Part shown: positions 39,420-49,265 of the stretch, in pieces
Layout: each line of letters begins with the position of its first letter
How positions within the stretch are numbered: position 1 is the stretch's first letter
Origin: Clostridium sp.
GTDB taxonomy: Bacteria; Bacillota; Clostridia; Acetivibrionales; Acetivibrionaceae
Assembly (NCBI GenBank): GCA_012517995.1
Contig: JAAYTS010000141.1
Span: 3,572-67,571, forward strand
DNA length: 64,000 bases
Direction of reading: 5' to 3'
The notes under the pieces: generated by a model
Databases searched by the model: none
What the model saw: the letters and a program-made list of their open reading frames with translations, nothing else
Told to the model about the DNA's origin: nothing
Translations under genes and position numbers: made by a program

Positions 39420-40223
39420 TTAATCTTTAGAAATAAAGACAAATAAATTATGATAAGTTGCCAAAACCTTGTTATCTTTTCTATAATCCTTGTCATATGT
39501 ATTAATTACCTTGTCAATAAAGTTTGGATGAACAATATTTGACCTCTTTTGGCTGTTGTTTGCACCTATTTTTTTAATTGAGTAAAGAAAATCTTTACAG
39601 CAGTTAAAATATTCATATTCATAAGTCTCCATCAAAGATAGGGTGTGGCTTTTATCCAATATACCGCTGCATATTTTTTTATAATCCTTGAGGGATAAAA
39701 AGGGTTGGCTTGGATATATGGTATCTTTTATACCAAAATATGAACTTGTCTTTTCATAACATTTTTTAAGTTCTATAAAAGTGTTTTCGCCAAAGGTTGA
39801 AAAGCACATAAAACCCTTAGGTGCCAAAGTTTTAACCAGTTTTTTAAAAGTGTTTTCTAAATTATTAAACCACTGAAATGCAGCATTTGATAAAATAAGA
39901 TCAAAATCTTTATCAAAATCCATTTCTTCCACATCACCACAAATAAAACCCACCCTTGTATCTGAAATTTTAGACTTTACATGGCTTATCATGCCAGGGG
40001 CAATGTCGATGGCAGTTATATTAGAGTTTTTAAAATGCTCACATAAAGCTTTTGTGACATATCCTGTTCCACAGCCTATTTCAAGTATGTTTTTATATTG
40101 GGTTTTGGTGGACTTTATTTTTTCAATTAAAATATCCCCCATATTTTTTTGAACTTTTGCATATTTGTCATACTGTCTTGCATTTCTGCTAAATCTTCTT
40201 TTTAATTTTTCCTTATCAATCAT
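39420..40223 (-). CDS. bioC: Malonyl-ACP O-methyltransferase
   Basis: RFSRNARQYD...Q, LEIGCGTG, SNAAFQW, STFG..TF.EL. Confidence 0.93.
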   Translation of the reverse strand: MIDKEKLKRRFSRNARQYDKYAKVQKNMGDILIEKIKSTKTQYKNILEIGCGTGYVTKALCEHFKNSNITAIDIAPGMISHVKSKISDTRVGFICGDVEEMDFDKDFDLILSNAAFQWFNNLENTFKKLVKTLAPKGFMCFSTFGENTFIELKKCYEKTSSYFGIKDTIYPSQPFLSLKDYKKICSGILDKSHTLSLMETYEYEYFNCCKDFLYSIKKIGANNSQKRSNIVHPNFIDKVINTYDKDYRKDNKVLATYHNLFVFISKD

Positions 40224-40951
40224 AAACTCTCTACCTCTAGATACTTTTTAATTATTTCATAACACCTGTGAGGGTGAGTATAAAAGGGTATATGTCCTGT
40301 ATTTTGTAATTTTATTAAATTTGAATTTTTATATTTTTCTTTTATATATTCACTTGATTTATATGGGCAAATAATGTCACTGTCTCCATGTATAAGAAGA
40401 GGGGACAGGGGAAGGGGTATTTCCCTTAAATCCATAGTTTTAAGGTATTCTAAGCCACATACCAATGAATTTATATTATAGTAAGATCCAAAAAGCCTCA
40501 TTTCATCTATAAACCTTTCATAATGCCCATCTGTTTTTTCACTTTTAGAAAAAAAGTTTTTATAAAATTTATTTAAAGTGCTATCTTTATCACTTTTTAG
40601 CATATAAATCATTTTGTCTATAGTATCTTTTGACAAGAGGGTGGTGCAAAGACTGTCTTTATCATTTACAAATTTTAAAGTCCCACTTATTAAAATTAAA
40701 TTATCAATTCTTTCAAATAAAACTTTTGCTATTTCTAAAGCAACCATAGCGCCTAAAGACCAACCCATAAGGGAAAAGTTTTTTTTATCATCTATTAAAT
40801 GGAGTACTTTTTTCTTAAAACCATCAATTGAAAAAATATCTTCCCAGTCCACAAAAGTTATTTCAAAATGCTTTTCTAAAAGGCTAAATAAAGTTTTCCA
40901 GGGAAATTTACCAACGGCCCAACCTGTCAATACAACCATATGTCTTGTCAT
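40220..40951 (-). CDS. bioH: Pimeloyl-ACP methyl ester esterase (BioH-like alpha/beta hydrolase)
   Basis: GWSLG nucleophile elbow, GDSD Asp and TGH His; overlaps bioC within the bio operon. Confidence 0.75.
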   Translation of the reverse strand: MTRHMVVLTGWAVGKFPWKTLFSLLEKHFEITFVDWEDIFSIDGFKKKVLHLIDDKKNFSLMGWSLGAMVALEIAKVLFERIDNLILISGTLKFVNDKDSLCTTLLSKDTIDKMIYMLKSDKDSTLNKFYKNFFSKSEKTDGHYERFIDEMRLFGSYYNINSLVCGLEYLKTMDLREIPLPLSPLLIHGDSDIICPYKSSEYIKEKYKNSNLIKLQNTGHIPFYTHPHRCYEIIKKYLEVESL

Positions 40952-40952
40952 C

Positions 40953-42119
40953 TTAAATCAACCCCAGCTTTCTTCCATTGTTTTCAAGCCTGTCTACAAC
41001 ATATTCTAAATGTTTTTTTGTATGGGCTGCTGTAATTGATATTCTTAGCCTGCTGGTGCCCCTTGGTACTGTAGGAGGTCTTATTGCTGGAATATATATC
41101 CCATCATTAAAAAGATGCTGGGAAAATTCCAATGTCTTTTTTTCATCTCCCACAATTACTGGTATTATTGGAGTTATTGTGTTAGGAATTTTAAAGCCTA
41201 GGGACTTAAGCTGATTTTTAAGCCAGTCTGAATTTTTTAAAAGCTGCTCCCTTTTTTTTGGTTGATTTTTTATAATATCAAGAGCTTTAATAGAGGCTGC
41301 AACTGATGAGGGGGGAAGGGCTGTTGAAAAAACAAAACTTCTAGAAAAATTTTTAAAATATTCAATAAAGTATTCATCTGAAGCAGCATAACCTCCTATT
41401 GAACCTACAGCCTTGCTTAATGTTCCCATGTGAATGTGAATTTCATCACTTACTCCTAAATAAGAGGCAGTACCAGCACCGTCCTTTCCTAAAACCCCAA
41501 ATCCATGAGCATCATCAACCATTGTGACAACATTGTGTTTTTTTGAAATATCCACAATATCATCTAAGGGGGCAATATCCCCATCCATGCTAAATACCCC
41601 GTCTGTGACAATTAAATTGTACTTTCCTTTAAAATTTTTTATCTTATAGGACAAATCATCCATATCACAATGCTTATATCTTAAAAGCTTAGCACCGCTT
41701 AAAAGACAGCCGTCTATAATACTTGCATGATTGTATTTATCGCAAAATATAACCCAGTCTTTATTGCAAAGAGCCTGTAAAATTCCTAAATTGGCCATAT
41801 AGCCTGTATTAAATACCAAGGCTTTTTGAGTATTTTTAAAATCTTTGATTTTTTCCTCAAGCTCATGGGTTAATATATATGAACCTGTTGTAAGCCTTGA
41901 ACCTCCTGCGCCCACCCCATACTTTTCCACTGCTTTTATAGAGGCTTTTTTTACATCTGTATCACCACAAAGGCCTAAATAATTGTTTGAGCCTAATAAA
42001 ATTATTTCTCTGCCATCTATAATAACTTTTTCTTTTTGGGATGTTTGAAGGTTTTTAAATTGCCCTCTGTATATGTTGTTATCCTTTAAAGAAAATAAAA
42101 TATCTTTTATATGTTCCAA
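40953..42119 (-). CDS. bioF: 8-amino-7-oxononanoate synthase
   Basis: GSNNYLGL, GAGGSRL, NHASIIDG, DGVFSMDGD, DDAHG, GTLSKA. Confidence 0.96.
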   Translation of the reverse strand: MEHIKDILFSLKDNNIYRGQFKNLQTSQKEKVIIDGREIILLGSNNYLGLCGDTDVKKASIKAVEKYGVGAGGSRLTTGSYILTHELEEKIKDFKNTQKALVFNTGYMANLGILQALCNKDWVIFCDKYNHASIIDGCLLSGAKLLRYKHCDMDDLSYKIKNFKGKYNLIVTDGVFSMDGDIAPLDDIVDISKKHNVVTMVDDAHGFGVLGKDGAGTASYLGVSDEIHIHMGTLSKAVGSIGGYAASDEYFIEYFKNFSRSFVFSTALPPSSVAASIKALDIIKNQPKKREQLLKNSDWLKNQLKSLGFKIPNTITPIIPVIVGDEKKTLEFSQHLFNDGIYIPAIRPPTVPRGTSRLRISITAAHTKKHLEYVVDRLENNGRKLGLI

Positions 42120-42176
42120 AATATCCCCCTACTTAAATTACAATAATACAATTATAAAATATAACAATAAAAAAAG

Positions 42177-42210
42177 ATTGTCAACTAAATTTTAAAAACA
42201 GGTTGACAAT
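42177..42210. promoter_or_regulatory. BirA (biotin repressor) operator overlapping divergent promoters
   Basis: Perfect ATTGTCAAC-N16-GTTGACAAT, fitting the Firmicutes BirA consensus TGTnAAC-N14-16-GTTnACA. Each half-site holds a TTGACA; on the + strand TTGACA-N17-GATAAT points at acp-fabF. Confidence 0.85.
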
Positions 42211-42309
42211 ACAAAGTTCTTTAAAGATAATATAGTTTGAAAACACTATAAAACTTTTGCTTTTAAATTTTAAAAATTAAATAGGTACTCTAGGGTAGGA
42301 GGTTTTTTT

Positions 42310-42540
42310 ATGGTATTTCATGAAGTTAAAAAAATATTAATAGATGTTATGGGATTGTTAGAAGATGAAGTTTCTTTAAAAAGTCATCTTTATGATGAAC
42401 TAGATGCAGACTCCCTTGACATATCCCAGATAGTTTTGGCATTAGACAACAAATATAAAATAGATATTGATGAGGTGGCGGCTTTAAATTTTAAAACTGT
42501 AGAGGATATTGTAAAATACGTGGAAGGACAGATTAAATGA
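42310..42540 (+). CDS. Acyl carrier protein (probably a paralog)
   Basis: 76 aa with DADSLD phosphopantetheine site and TVEDIV; RBS AGGAGG. Confidence 0.9.
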   Translation: MVFHEVKKILIDVMGLLEDEVSLKSHLYDELDADSLDISQIVLALDNKYKIDIDEVAALNFKTVEDIVKYVEGQIK

Positions 42541-43769
42541 AAAAAAGAGTTGTTGTAACAGGCCTTGGCGCAGTTACTCCTATTGGCAATAATGTAGGGG
42601 ATTTTTGGAATAATGTGAAAAAAGGTGTTTGTGGCATTGATTATCCTTCTCTTTTTGATGGAAAAAATTCAAAGGCAAAATTTTTTGCAGAAATAAAGAA
42701 CTTAAAATTAGAAGATCATTTTAGTAAAAAACAAATTTTAAGGACGGATCGTTTTTGTCAAATTGGCATAATTGCAGCAAAAGAAGCATTTAATGATGCA
42801 GGGCTTTATGGTACTGATATTGACAAAAAAAGACTTGGTGTTGTAATGGGAAACGGAGTAGGGGGAATAAACACCATAATCCAGGAAACACTTAATTTAC
42901 ACAGTGGCGGAATGAACATGGTTTCACCTCTTTTAGTTCCTAAATCCCTTTCAAATATTTTAGCTGGAAGCATATCTATAGAATTTGGTGCAAAAGCTAT
43001 ATCTAATGCTGTTATAACAGCATGTGCAGCTGGAACAAATGCAATAGGTGAAGCATTTAGAAATATACAATATGGTGATGCAGACATAGTTATATGTGGT
43101 GGAAGTGAGGCTTGTATAAATCCTCTTATGGTGGCAGGCTTTACAAACATGAATGCACTGAGTTTAAGTGATGATAAGCTCCGTTCTTCTATACCCTTTG
43201 ACAGGGAAAGAAGCGGTTTTGTAATGGGTGAGGGAGCAGGAGTTTTAATATTAGAAGAATACTCACATGCAATAAGAAGAAAGGCAAAAATCTATGCTGA
43301 AGTTGTTGGATATGGATTTACTTGTGATGCATATCATCTCACAGCTCCAGCACCTTTAGGGGAAGGTGCCCAAAGGGCAATGAATTTAGCCCTGCAAGAT
43401 GCCTCAATGAGCCCTTCTGATATTTCATACATAAATGCACATGGAACTTCTACAGTTTTAAATGATAAGTATGAGACTATGGCTATAAAAAAGGTTTTTG
43501 GAGAATTGGCATACAGTATTCCGGTAAATTCCACCAAATCCATGATAGGTCATCTTTTGGGTGCAGCGGGTGCTGTAGAAGCTATAGTGTGTATAAAATC
43601 AATAGAAGATGGTTTCATTCATGAGACTTTAGGTTATAGGAAAAAGGATATAGAATGTGATTTAGACTATGTGGCAGATGGAGGAAGAGAAAAAGAGGTA
43701 AGTGGAGTTTTGTCAAATTCTTTTGGCTTTGGGGGTCACAACGCTTCCATTATTTTTAAAAAAGCATAA
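42537..43769 (+). CDS. fabF: Beta-ketoacyl-ACP synthase II
   Basis: RVVVTGLG, TACAAG (Cys), NAHGTST (His), GHLLGAAG (His), NSFGFGG; ATGA overlap with acp. Confidence 0.95.
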   Translation: MKKRVVVTGLGAVTPIGNNVGDFWNNVKKGVCGIDYPSLFDGKNSKAKFFAEIKNLKLEDHFSKKQILRTDRFCQIGIIAAKEAFNDAGLYGTDIDKKRLGVVMGNGVGGINTIIQETLNLHSGGMNMVSPLLVPKSLSNILAGSISIEFGAKAISNAVITACAAGTNAIGEAFRNIQYGDADIVICGGSEACINPLMVAGFTNMNALSLSDDKLRSSIPFDRERSGFVMGEGAGVLILEEYSHAIRRKAKIYAEVVGYGFTCDAYHLTAPAPLGEGAQRAMNLALQDASMSPSDISYINAHGTSTVLNDKYETMAIKKVFGELAYSIPVNSTKSMIGHLLGAAGAVEAIVCIKSIEDGFIHETLGYRKKDIECDLDYVADGGREKEVSGVLSNSFGFGGHNASIIFKKA

Positions 43770-43851
43770 TAAAAAAACAAATTAATGGTTAAACTATTTT
43801 TATCTTTTATTAATAAAAATGGCATATAAAATATATCTAAAGGAGATAAAA

Positions 43852-44841
43852 ATGGGAACCATTAGACATGAATCTAGAACTGATTATTTAAAATTTAATT
43901 TTAATTATAATACTGCCCCTGAGATTAAGTTGATAGAGTTTGAACTTAAAGATGTACTTTCAGACAGCAAAGGGGAGATACGTAAAATGTGCACAAGTGT
44001 TTTAAATGCTGGTGGAAAGAGAATAAGACCTTTACTTACTATGTACAGTGGACTTGTTTTTTCACCTGCAAATAAAGAAATGATAAGGGGAGCTGTTTCA
44101 GTAGAATTAATTCATATGGCATCCCTTGTCCACGATGATATTATAGACAATTCAAATTTAAGAAGAAATAAGCCTTCTGTCAACAGTTTATGGGGTAATC
44201 ACTTTGCAGTTTTGTGCGGAGATTATCTGTTTTCAAAAGCCTTTGGAATTTTATCTAAATTAAACAGTTCAAGATGTATGGATTTAATGGTACAATCCAT
44301 TGAAAATATGTGTCATGGTGAGATTTTACAAGCAGATAACAAATACAATTTAGATATGGATATTGACACCTACTATGAGATAATTTCTAAAAAAACAGGG
44401 ATTTTAATTGAAAATAGCTGCAAAATGGGTGCAATTATATCAGGCACAGGGAAAAAGTATGAAGAGGCAATGGGAGGATACGGTTTAAATATTGGTTTGG
44501 CATTTCAAATAATAGACGACATATTGGATATATGCGGAAAAACAAATGAAATGGGAAAACCTAAATTTGAGGACATAAGCCAGGGAAATATAACACTTCC
44601 TATGATTATTTTATTAAAAAACAAAAAATACAGAGAAGTTGTAAAAAATATTCTAAAAAGAAAGGAAGATTTAAAAAGTATAGGAATGATGCTTATGGAT
44701 TTAAATATTATAAACACTTGTTTTGACATTGCAGAAGGGCACATAAAAAAAGCCAAAAGTTATTTATCTTTTTTGCCCCAGTCAGAATACACCCAAAAAC
44801 TATACAGCCTTGCAGATTTGCTTATGATAAGGGCAAATTAA
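43852..44841 (+). CDS. Long-chain trans-polyprenyl diphosphate synthase (HepT/IspB-like)
   Basis: GGKRIRP, first Asp-rich motif ASLVHDDIID..RR (small residues at -5/-4), KTG, FQIIDDILD; ATG at 43852 after AAGGAG. Confidence 0.9.
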   Translation: MGTIRHESRTDYLKFNFNYNTAPEIKLIEFELKDVLSDSKGEIRKMCTSVLNAGGKRIRPLLTMYSGLVFSPANKEMIRGAVSVELIHMASLVHDDIIDNSNLRRNKPSVNSLWGNHFAVLCGDYLFSKAFGILSKLNSSRCMDLMVQSIENMCHGEILQADNKYNLDMDIDTYYEIISKKTGILIENSCKMGAIISGTGKKYEEAMGGYGLNIGLAFQIIDDILDICGKTNEMGKPKFEDISQGNITLPMIILLKNKKYREVVKNILKRKEDLKSIGMMLMDLNIINTCFDIAEGHIKKAKSYLSFLPQSEYTQKLYSLADLLMIRAN

Positions 44842-44869
44842 TAAGTTTAAAATATTAAGGTATTTAAAA

Positions 44870-45931
44870 TCACAATAATTTCAAGTGCCTTAATATTTTG
44901 CACATTCTGTGATAAAAGACAGTATTACGCCCTCCTTGTTTTATAATGTTTGTGCTTACTTTTTTATTGTATTTTAAAAAAGCTTTTGAATCTGATAAAT
45001 ACATGGCTAGAAGGCCTTTTACCACAGTTTTATGAAATAGGGGATATTTTAAAGTGTCGCACATTTCTAAAGATTTTTTTGCAAAAAATATTATTCTGTC
45101 TTCACACGTTTTTATGTCTTTATAATAAAAGGTGAAGTTTAGTTGTTTTTCTTCTAAATCTTCCATATAGTCAATGTAATAGTCTAATAAAATATGAAGT
45201 CCACAAATCCAAGGGAAATAAGCCCTATCTAAAGATAAAAAATCAGCATCTTTAAAATGGGGATTATGAGATGCGGCATACATGGCGAAAATCCCTAAAG
45301 TAGAGCCTGTTGCAGCTGAAAATTCCCACAAGCTTATTTTAGGATAGTCTTTTAAGTACTTTTCACCCCAGTTTTTTAAATAATTTTCTCTTATATCAGG
45401 CTCAAGATGTTTGTAGGTTTGTAAATTTGAATACCAATTCACATATTTTTTTATGTAAGGGAGTGCTTTTTCATATGAATGTAGGTTTAATAGGGAAGAC
45501 CTGCACTGGGCAACAAGATAATGCAGGTATTTGTTATCCTCTTTTATAGGATAATATTTATAATAATCCCCTAAAAAAGATGAAGTATCTATGGCATCGT
45601 AAAGGGATAAATGAAGCTGGCGAAAAGCATTTTCATCTATAGTTTGGGTTTTATCACAAAGATTATCAAGGTAGTCGCTTATTGTTTGTAATGCACAAAT
45701 AAATTGTATTGTTAAGATAAAATCAGCATCTGGGTGCAGGGCATAGACACTGCCACCTATGCAGTGAAAACTTTTGGCAGATATACTCAAAAGCCCTTGT
45801 TTTTTAAGCTCATTATCCTTAAAAGTTTTTAATTTATTCTTATAACCTTCAAGTTTTTCTTTGACTTCAGGGAATACGTAGGTTATATATTTTAAAATTA
45901 GCTTTAATCCGCTATTGTATTTAGTTTTTAT
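44870..45931 (-). CDS. YtpB/DUF2600-family tetraprenyl-beta-curcumene synthase-like terpene synthase, probable ATA start
   Basis: ELKKQGLLSISAKSFHCIGG, QTISDYLDNLCD, FSAATGSTLG, LHILLDYYID. The frame stays open 47 codons upstream of the tracked TTG to an ATA 8 nt after GGAGG. Confidence 0.88.
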   Translation of the reverse strand: MKTKYNSGLKLILKYITYVFPEVKEKLEGYKNKLKTFKDNELKKQGLLSISAKSFHCIGGSVYALHPDADFILTIQFICALQTISDYLDNLCDKTQTIDENAFRQLHLSLYDAIDTSSFLGDYYKYYPIKEDNKYLHYLVAQCRSSLLNLHSYEKALPYIKKYVNWYSNLQTYKHLEPDIRENYLKNWGEKYLKDYPKISLWEFSAATGSTLGIFAMYAASHNPHFKDADFLSLDRAYFPWICGLHILLDYYIDYMEDLEEKQLNFTFYYKDIKTCEDRIIFFAKKSLEMCDTLKYPLFHKTVVKGLLAMYLSDSKAFLKYNKKVSTNIIKQGGRNTVFYHRMCKILRHLKLL

Positions 45932-46055
45932 TAAAAAAACCTCCTTGTGTAGTTAATATTACTTTTTTATTTTTCCCATATTTTACGCATTTTATTATAA
46001 ACCTTAAGAATATAAATAAATAGAATTGCCAAAACAAAGGGTGGGCTTATTTAAT

Positions 46056-47030
46056 ATGGTTATAAATTTATCAAAGTTTAGGACAAAAGTTTTGTTTTGT
46101 ATAATTATAATAGTTGTATTATCATTTGGAATTTCTATAGTTTTTAGCTGGGAAGTGCTAAATGATAATGAATCAAAGATTTTAGACAGTGAATTTAGTT
46201 TATATGAAAGAACAATGAAAAGGGATATTTTGTCCTTGATGATGGCCTATCCTGAACATATAACAGGCGTCAAAAAAAGGGATGACGGAAAGGTTTACAT
46301 TGTAATGAATTCGGGAAATGAGATAATTTATGACGATGGAGTGGCAAAAAGTTTTAGTGAAAAAATTTATAATGGAGATCTTCAGGATATGTTAGAAGAT
46401 ATATATCCCTTATGGGATACTCATAAGATAATGGAGAAGAATATAGACCCAGGCCGTATTAGAGTGTACAGCTTACTTAAAGAAGTATATGGGGATTCAG
46501 AAAAAAAGGTGAGTTCAAATCTTGAAAATGTATTTATAGGGGGAAGTGCTTTTGCATTTAATAAAAGCAATAATGCTTCAAAATCACTTAAAAAGGCTAT
46601 TGACGAAACTTATGAATTACTTAAAGTAAAGCCTGAGATTTATCAACATATATTACCTGCCAATGGAACTTATAACTATCGTTTTATTGCAGGCACTAAT
46701 TTACTTAGCCCTCATGCTTTTGCAATTGCAGTGGATTTAAAAAGCGACAGCAGGGATTATTGGAAATGGGCAACACCAGAGCAGGCAGAGGAAAGACTTA
46801 ATAGTTATCCACGAGATGTTGTGAAAATATTTGAAAAAAACAATTTTATATGGGGAGGTAAATGGTCTCATTTTGACATACTTCATTTTGAATACAGACC
46901 TGAAATAATAATAAAATCAAGATACTTTATAGAAGCACATGAAATAATTGAGCCTTGGTATTATGGCTATCCAGTGGATAATGAAGATGTTTTAGGATAT
47001 ATAAAAATAATTGAAGAAGCCCTAGATTAA
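46056..47030 (+). CDS. M15-family Zn peptidase (cell-wall carboxy/endopeptidase), membrane-anchored
   Basis: N-terminal TM; SPHAFAIAVD, WGGKW.HFD.LHFEYRPE. Confidence 0.85.
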   Translation: MVINLSKFRTKVLFCIIIIVVLSFGISIVFSWEVLNDNESKILDSEFSLYERTMKRDILSLMMAYPEHITGVKKRDDGKVYIVMNSGNEIIYDDGVAKSFSEKIYNGDLQDMLEDIYPLWDTHKIMEKNIDPGRIRVYSLLKEVYGDSEKKVSSNLENVFIGGSAFAFNKSNNASKSLKKAIDETYELLKVKPEIYQHILPANGTYNYRFIAGTNLLSPHAFAIAVDLKSDSRDYWKWATPEQAEERLNSYPRDVVKIFEKNNFIWGGKWSHFDILHFEYRPEIIIKSRYFIEAHEIIEPWYYGYPVDNEDVLGYIKIIEEALD

Positions 47031-47031
47031 A

Positions 47032-47337
47032 TTATTTTTTAAATATAATTGAATAGTAAATCCAAAAAGTAATATTTGCAAATGCCCATATAAAAAACAT
47101 AATTACCCATAACAAAAGTATTCGAGATAATTGATCAGGCATATTACTAGTATAGACATTTACAGTACCACTAAAGCCGTATGTTGCCAAATCAAATAAA
47201 AAGTTAAAAATCATTATAGCTATAACTATAAATAGAGAAACATAAAGGGGTTTAATAAAAAAGAGTTTAAACTTTCCGTTTTCCTGCATGTATTTCCAGT
47301 GTTCTTCTTTTTCCATTAAAATAGGGAGTTTACGCAT
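47032..47337 (-). CDS. Small hypothetical membrane protein (2 TM)
   Basis: ATG at 47337 after GGAAGG; two hydrophobic segments. Confidence 0.6.
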   Translation of the reverse strand: MRKLPILMEKEEHWKYMQENGKFKLFFIKPLYVSLFIVIAIMIFNFLFDLATYGFSGTVNVYTSNMPDQLSRILLLWVIMFFIWAFANITFWIYYSIIFKK

Positions 47338-47525
47338 ATTGTACCTTCCATTTTTTAAATAATAGTTATATATATATTTTAACACTAAGTAACAGTGTTT
47401 TGTCAATAGCTTATAATTGTTTACAAATTATTTTAATATTATAACTTGTTATATTGAAAAAAAATAACTATACTAGAAGATGAACGTTTTTAAAAGGGAT
47501 AATAAAAAAAGTGGTGATTTATAAA

Positions 47526-48317
47526 ATGAGGGGACTAATTTGCTATTGTTCAAATACAGGGAATACAGAGCTTACTTGTAAATATATTGATAAAAATATA
47601 AGTAATGCTCATTTTGATTTTTATAATATTTCAGAAGGCGGATACTTTAATTTAGATGAATATGATATTATAGGTTTTGGTACATATACCTACTGGTGGG
47701 GTGTACCGGAAGTTTTTGAAAACTTTATAGATTCCTTAAGTAAACAAAAAGATAAAAATGCTTTTATGTTTAACACTTATTCCCATTTTAGTGGCAATAC
47801 CCAAAAAGATATGTATGCCAAATTAAAAGAAAAGGGGTTTAAAATAATTTCTGCCCATTCGCTGCATGTTCCAACCAGTTATCCACCTAAGCGGGCAAAA
47901 AAGAAGAACATCTCCAATTCCCCAAATTTTAAGGAGTTTTGGAAGTTTAATTGTTTTATAAACAGGCTAGATGGGTATATTGACAGACTCTCAAAGGAGA
48001 GAAAGGTAGATGAAGTTAAAATAAAAACTAATATCATTGGACTTATGCTGTGCAGATATTTAAGACCAAGGATAAAGAATGTTATGGGAAAAAAATATGT
48101 AGATAGAAAACTTTGTACCCAATGTGGCGAGTGCCAAAAGGTATGTCCATATGATGCCGTTGTTTTTAAAGGAAAAATCACCTTTGATAGATCTAAATGC
48201 AGAAGTTGTTGGGCATGCTTTAATAACTGTCCACAACAAGCGATATATACAGAAGATGTTAAGGGCGCTGGTCAGTATAAAGAACCATGTAAACAATTGA
48301 CTATGAAGCTAAAGTAG
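47526..48317 (+). CDS. Flavodoxin-ferredoxin fusion (EFR1-type)
   Basis: N-terminal SNTGNT flavodoxin loop; C-terminal CxxCxxCxxxCP twice (2x[4Fe-4S]). Confidence 0.88.
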   Translation: MRGLICYCSNTGNTELTCKYIDKNISNAHFDFYNISEGGYFNLDEYDIIGFGTYTYWWGVPEVFENFIDSLSKQKDKNAFMFNTYSHFSGNTQKDMYAKLKEKGFKIISAHSLHVPTSYPPKRAKKKNISNSPNFKEFWKFNCFINRLDGYIDRLSKERKVDEVKIKTNIIGLMLCRYLRPRIKNVMGKKYVDRKLCTQCGECQKVCPYDAVVFKGKITFDRSKCRSCWACFNNCPQQAIYTEDVKGAGQYKEPCKQLTMKLK

Positions 48318-48353
48318 AAATTAAAAAAACAGTAGAATCAGGAGGATTTATTT

Positions 48354-49004
48354 ATGAAATATAAATACATATTTTTTGACTTAGATGGAACAATTATAGA
48401 TTCTTCAGAAGGTGTGACAAATTCTGTTGCCTATGCACTTGAAAAATATAATATTAAAGTTAGTGACAAAAAAGAATTGTATAAATTTATCGGTCCGCCT
48501 ATAATAGAGTCTTTTCAAAAATTTTATGGTTTTTCAAAAGAGGAAGCAAATACAGCACTCAAATATTATCGTGAACATTATAAGGAGGAGGGTGTACTTG
48601 AAAACACACTTTATCCTGGGATTGTAGACTTAATTAAGGCATTAAAGGATGATAACAGAACCCTTATAATTGCAACATCTAAACCTGAAGTGTATGCAAA
48701 ACAAATATTAGAGGACTTTGGCATTGCTAAGTTTTTTACCCACATTGCAGGAAGTACCCTTGACGGTACCAGGCTTACCAAATCCCATGTTATGAAGTAT
48801 GCAGTTGAAATTTCTGATATTGAAGACTTTTCAAAAGCAGTAATGATTGGTGACAGGGAGTATGATGTTTTAGGCGCAAAGGAGATGGGGTTAAGTTCCA
48901 TTGGTGTATTGTATGGATTTGGCAGCAGGAAAGAGCTAGAAAAAGCAGGTGCAGATTTCATTGCCACTTCAGCTAAAGATATCGGAAAGATTTTGTTAGG
49001 ATAA
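48354..49004 (+). CDS. HAD-family phosphatase
   Basis: FDLDGT, IATSK, K motif, IGDREYD. Confidence 0.92.
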   Translation: MKYKYIFFDLDGTIIDSSEGVTNSVAYALEKYNIKVSDKKELYKFIGPPIIESFQKFYGFSKEEANTALKYYREHYKEEGVLENTLYPGIVDLIKALKDDNRTLIIATSKPEVYAKQILEDFGIAKFFTHIAGSTLDGTRLTKSHVMKYAVEISDIEDFSKAVMIGDREYDVLGAKEMGLSSIGVLYGFGSRKELEKAGADFIATSAKDIGKILLG

Positions 49005-49016
49005 TATGGTATACTA

Positions 49017-49265
49017 TTAGTCTAATTTTATGTTTGTATATAAATATAGAGTATTATTTTCTGAATCCGTATAATAACTTTTGGAAAAAACAAATGAACT
49101 TTTATCCCAGCCAATGACATCATAACTTAAGTCCTCAGGAGTTTTCTTAATACTATAAAAATCATATGTAAAAAATATACCGAAATTTGGGAAACACCAA
49201 TCCTCAATTATAGCGAAATTCTCATGGAACTTAATATTTTGCATGTATATATTGGATAAATCCAC
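49017..49265 (-). other. Short ORF, possibly a frameshifted gene remnant
   Basis: 82-aa ORF with no clear RBS; upstream ATGs at 49296 and 49308 join it if one A is removed from an A8 run. Confidence 0.3.

Noticed and set aside
39311-39420. Possible second BirA site or internal promoter before bioB
   Set aside because: Only a short TTTAC/GTAAA match and no well-spaced -35.
43790-43835. Possible sporulation-type promoter (CATATAAA) before the prenyl synthase
   Set aside because: No convincing -35 in AT-rich sequence.
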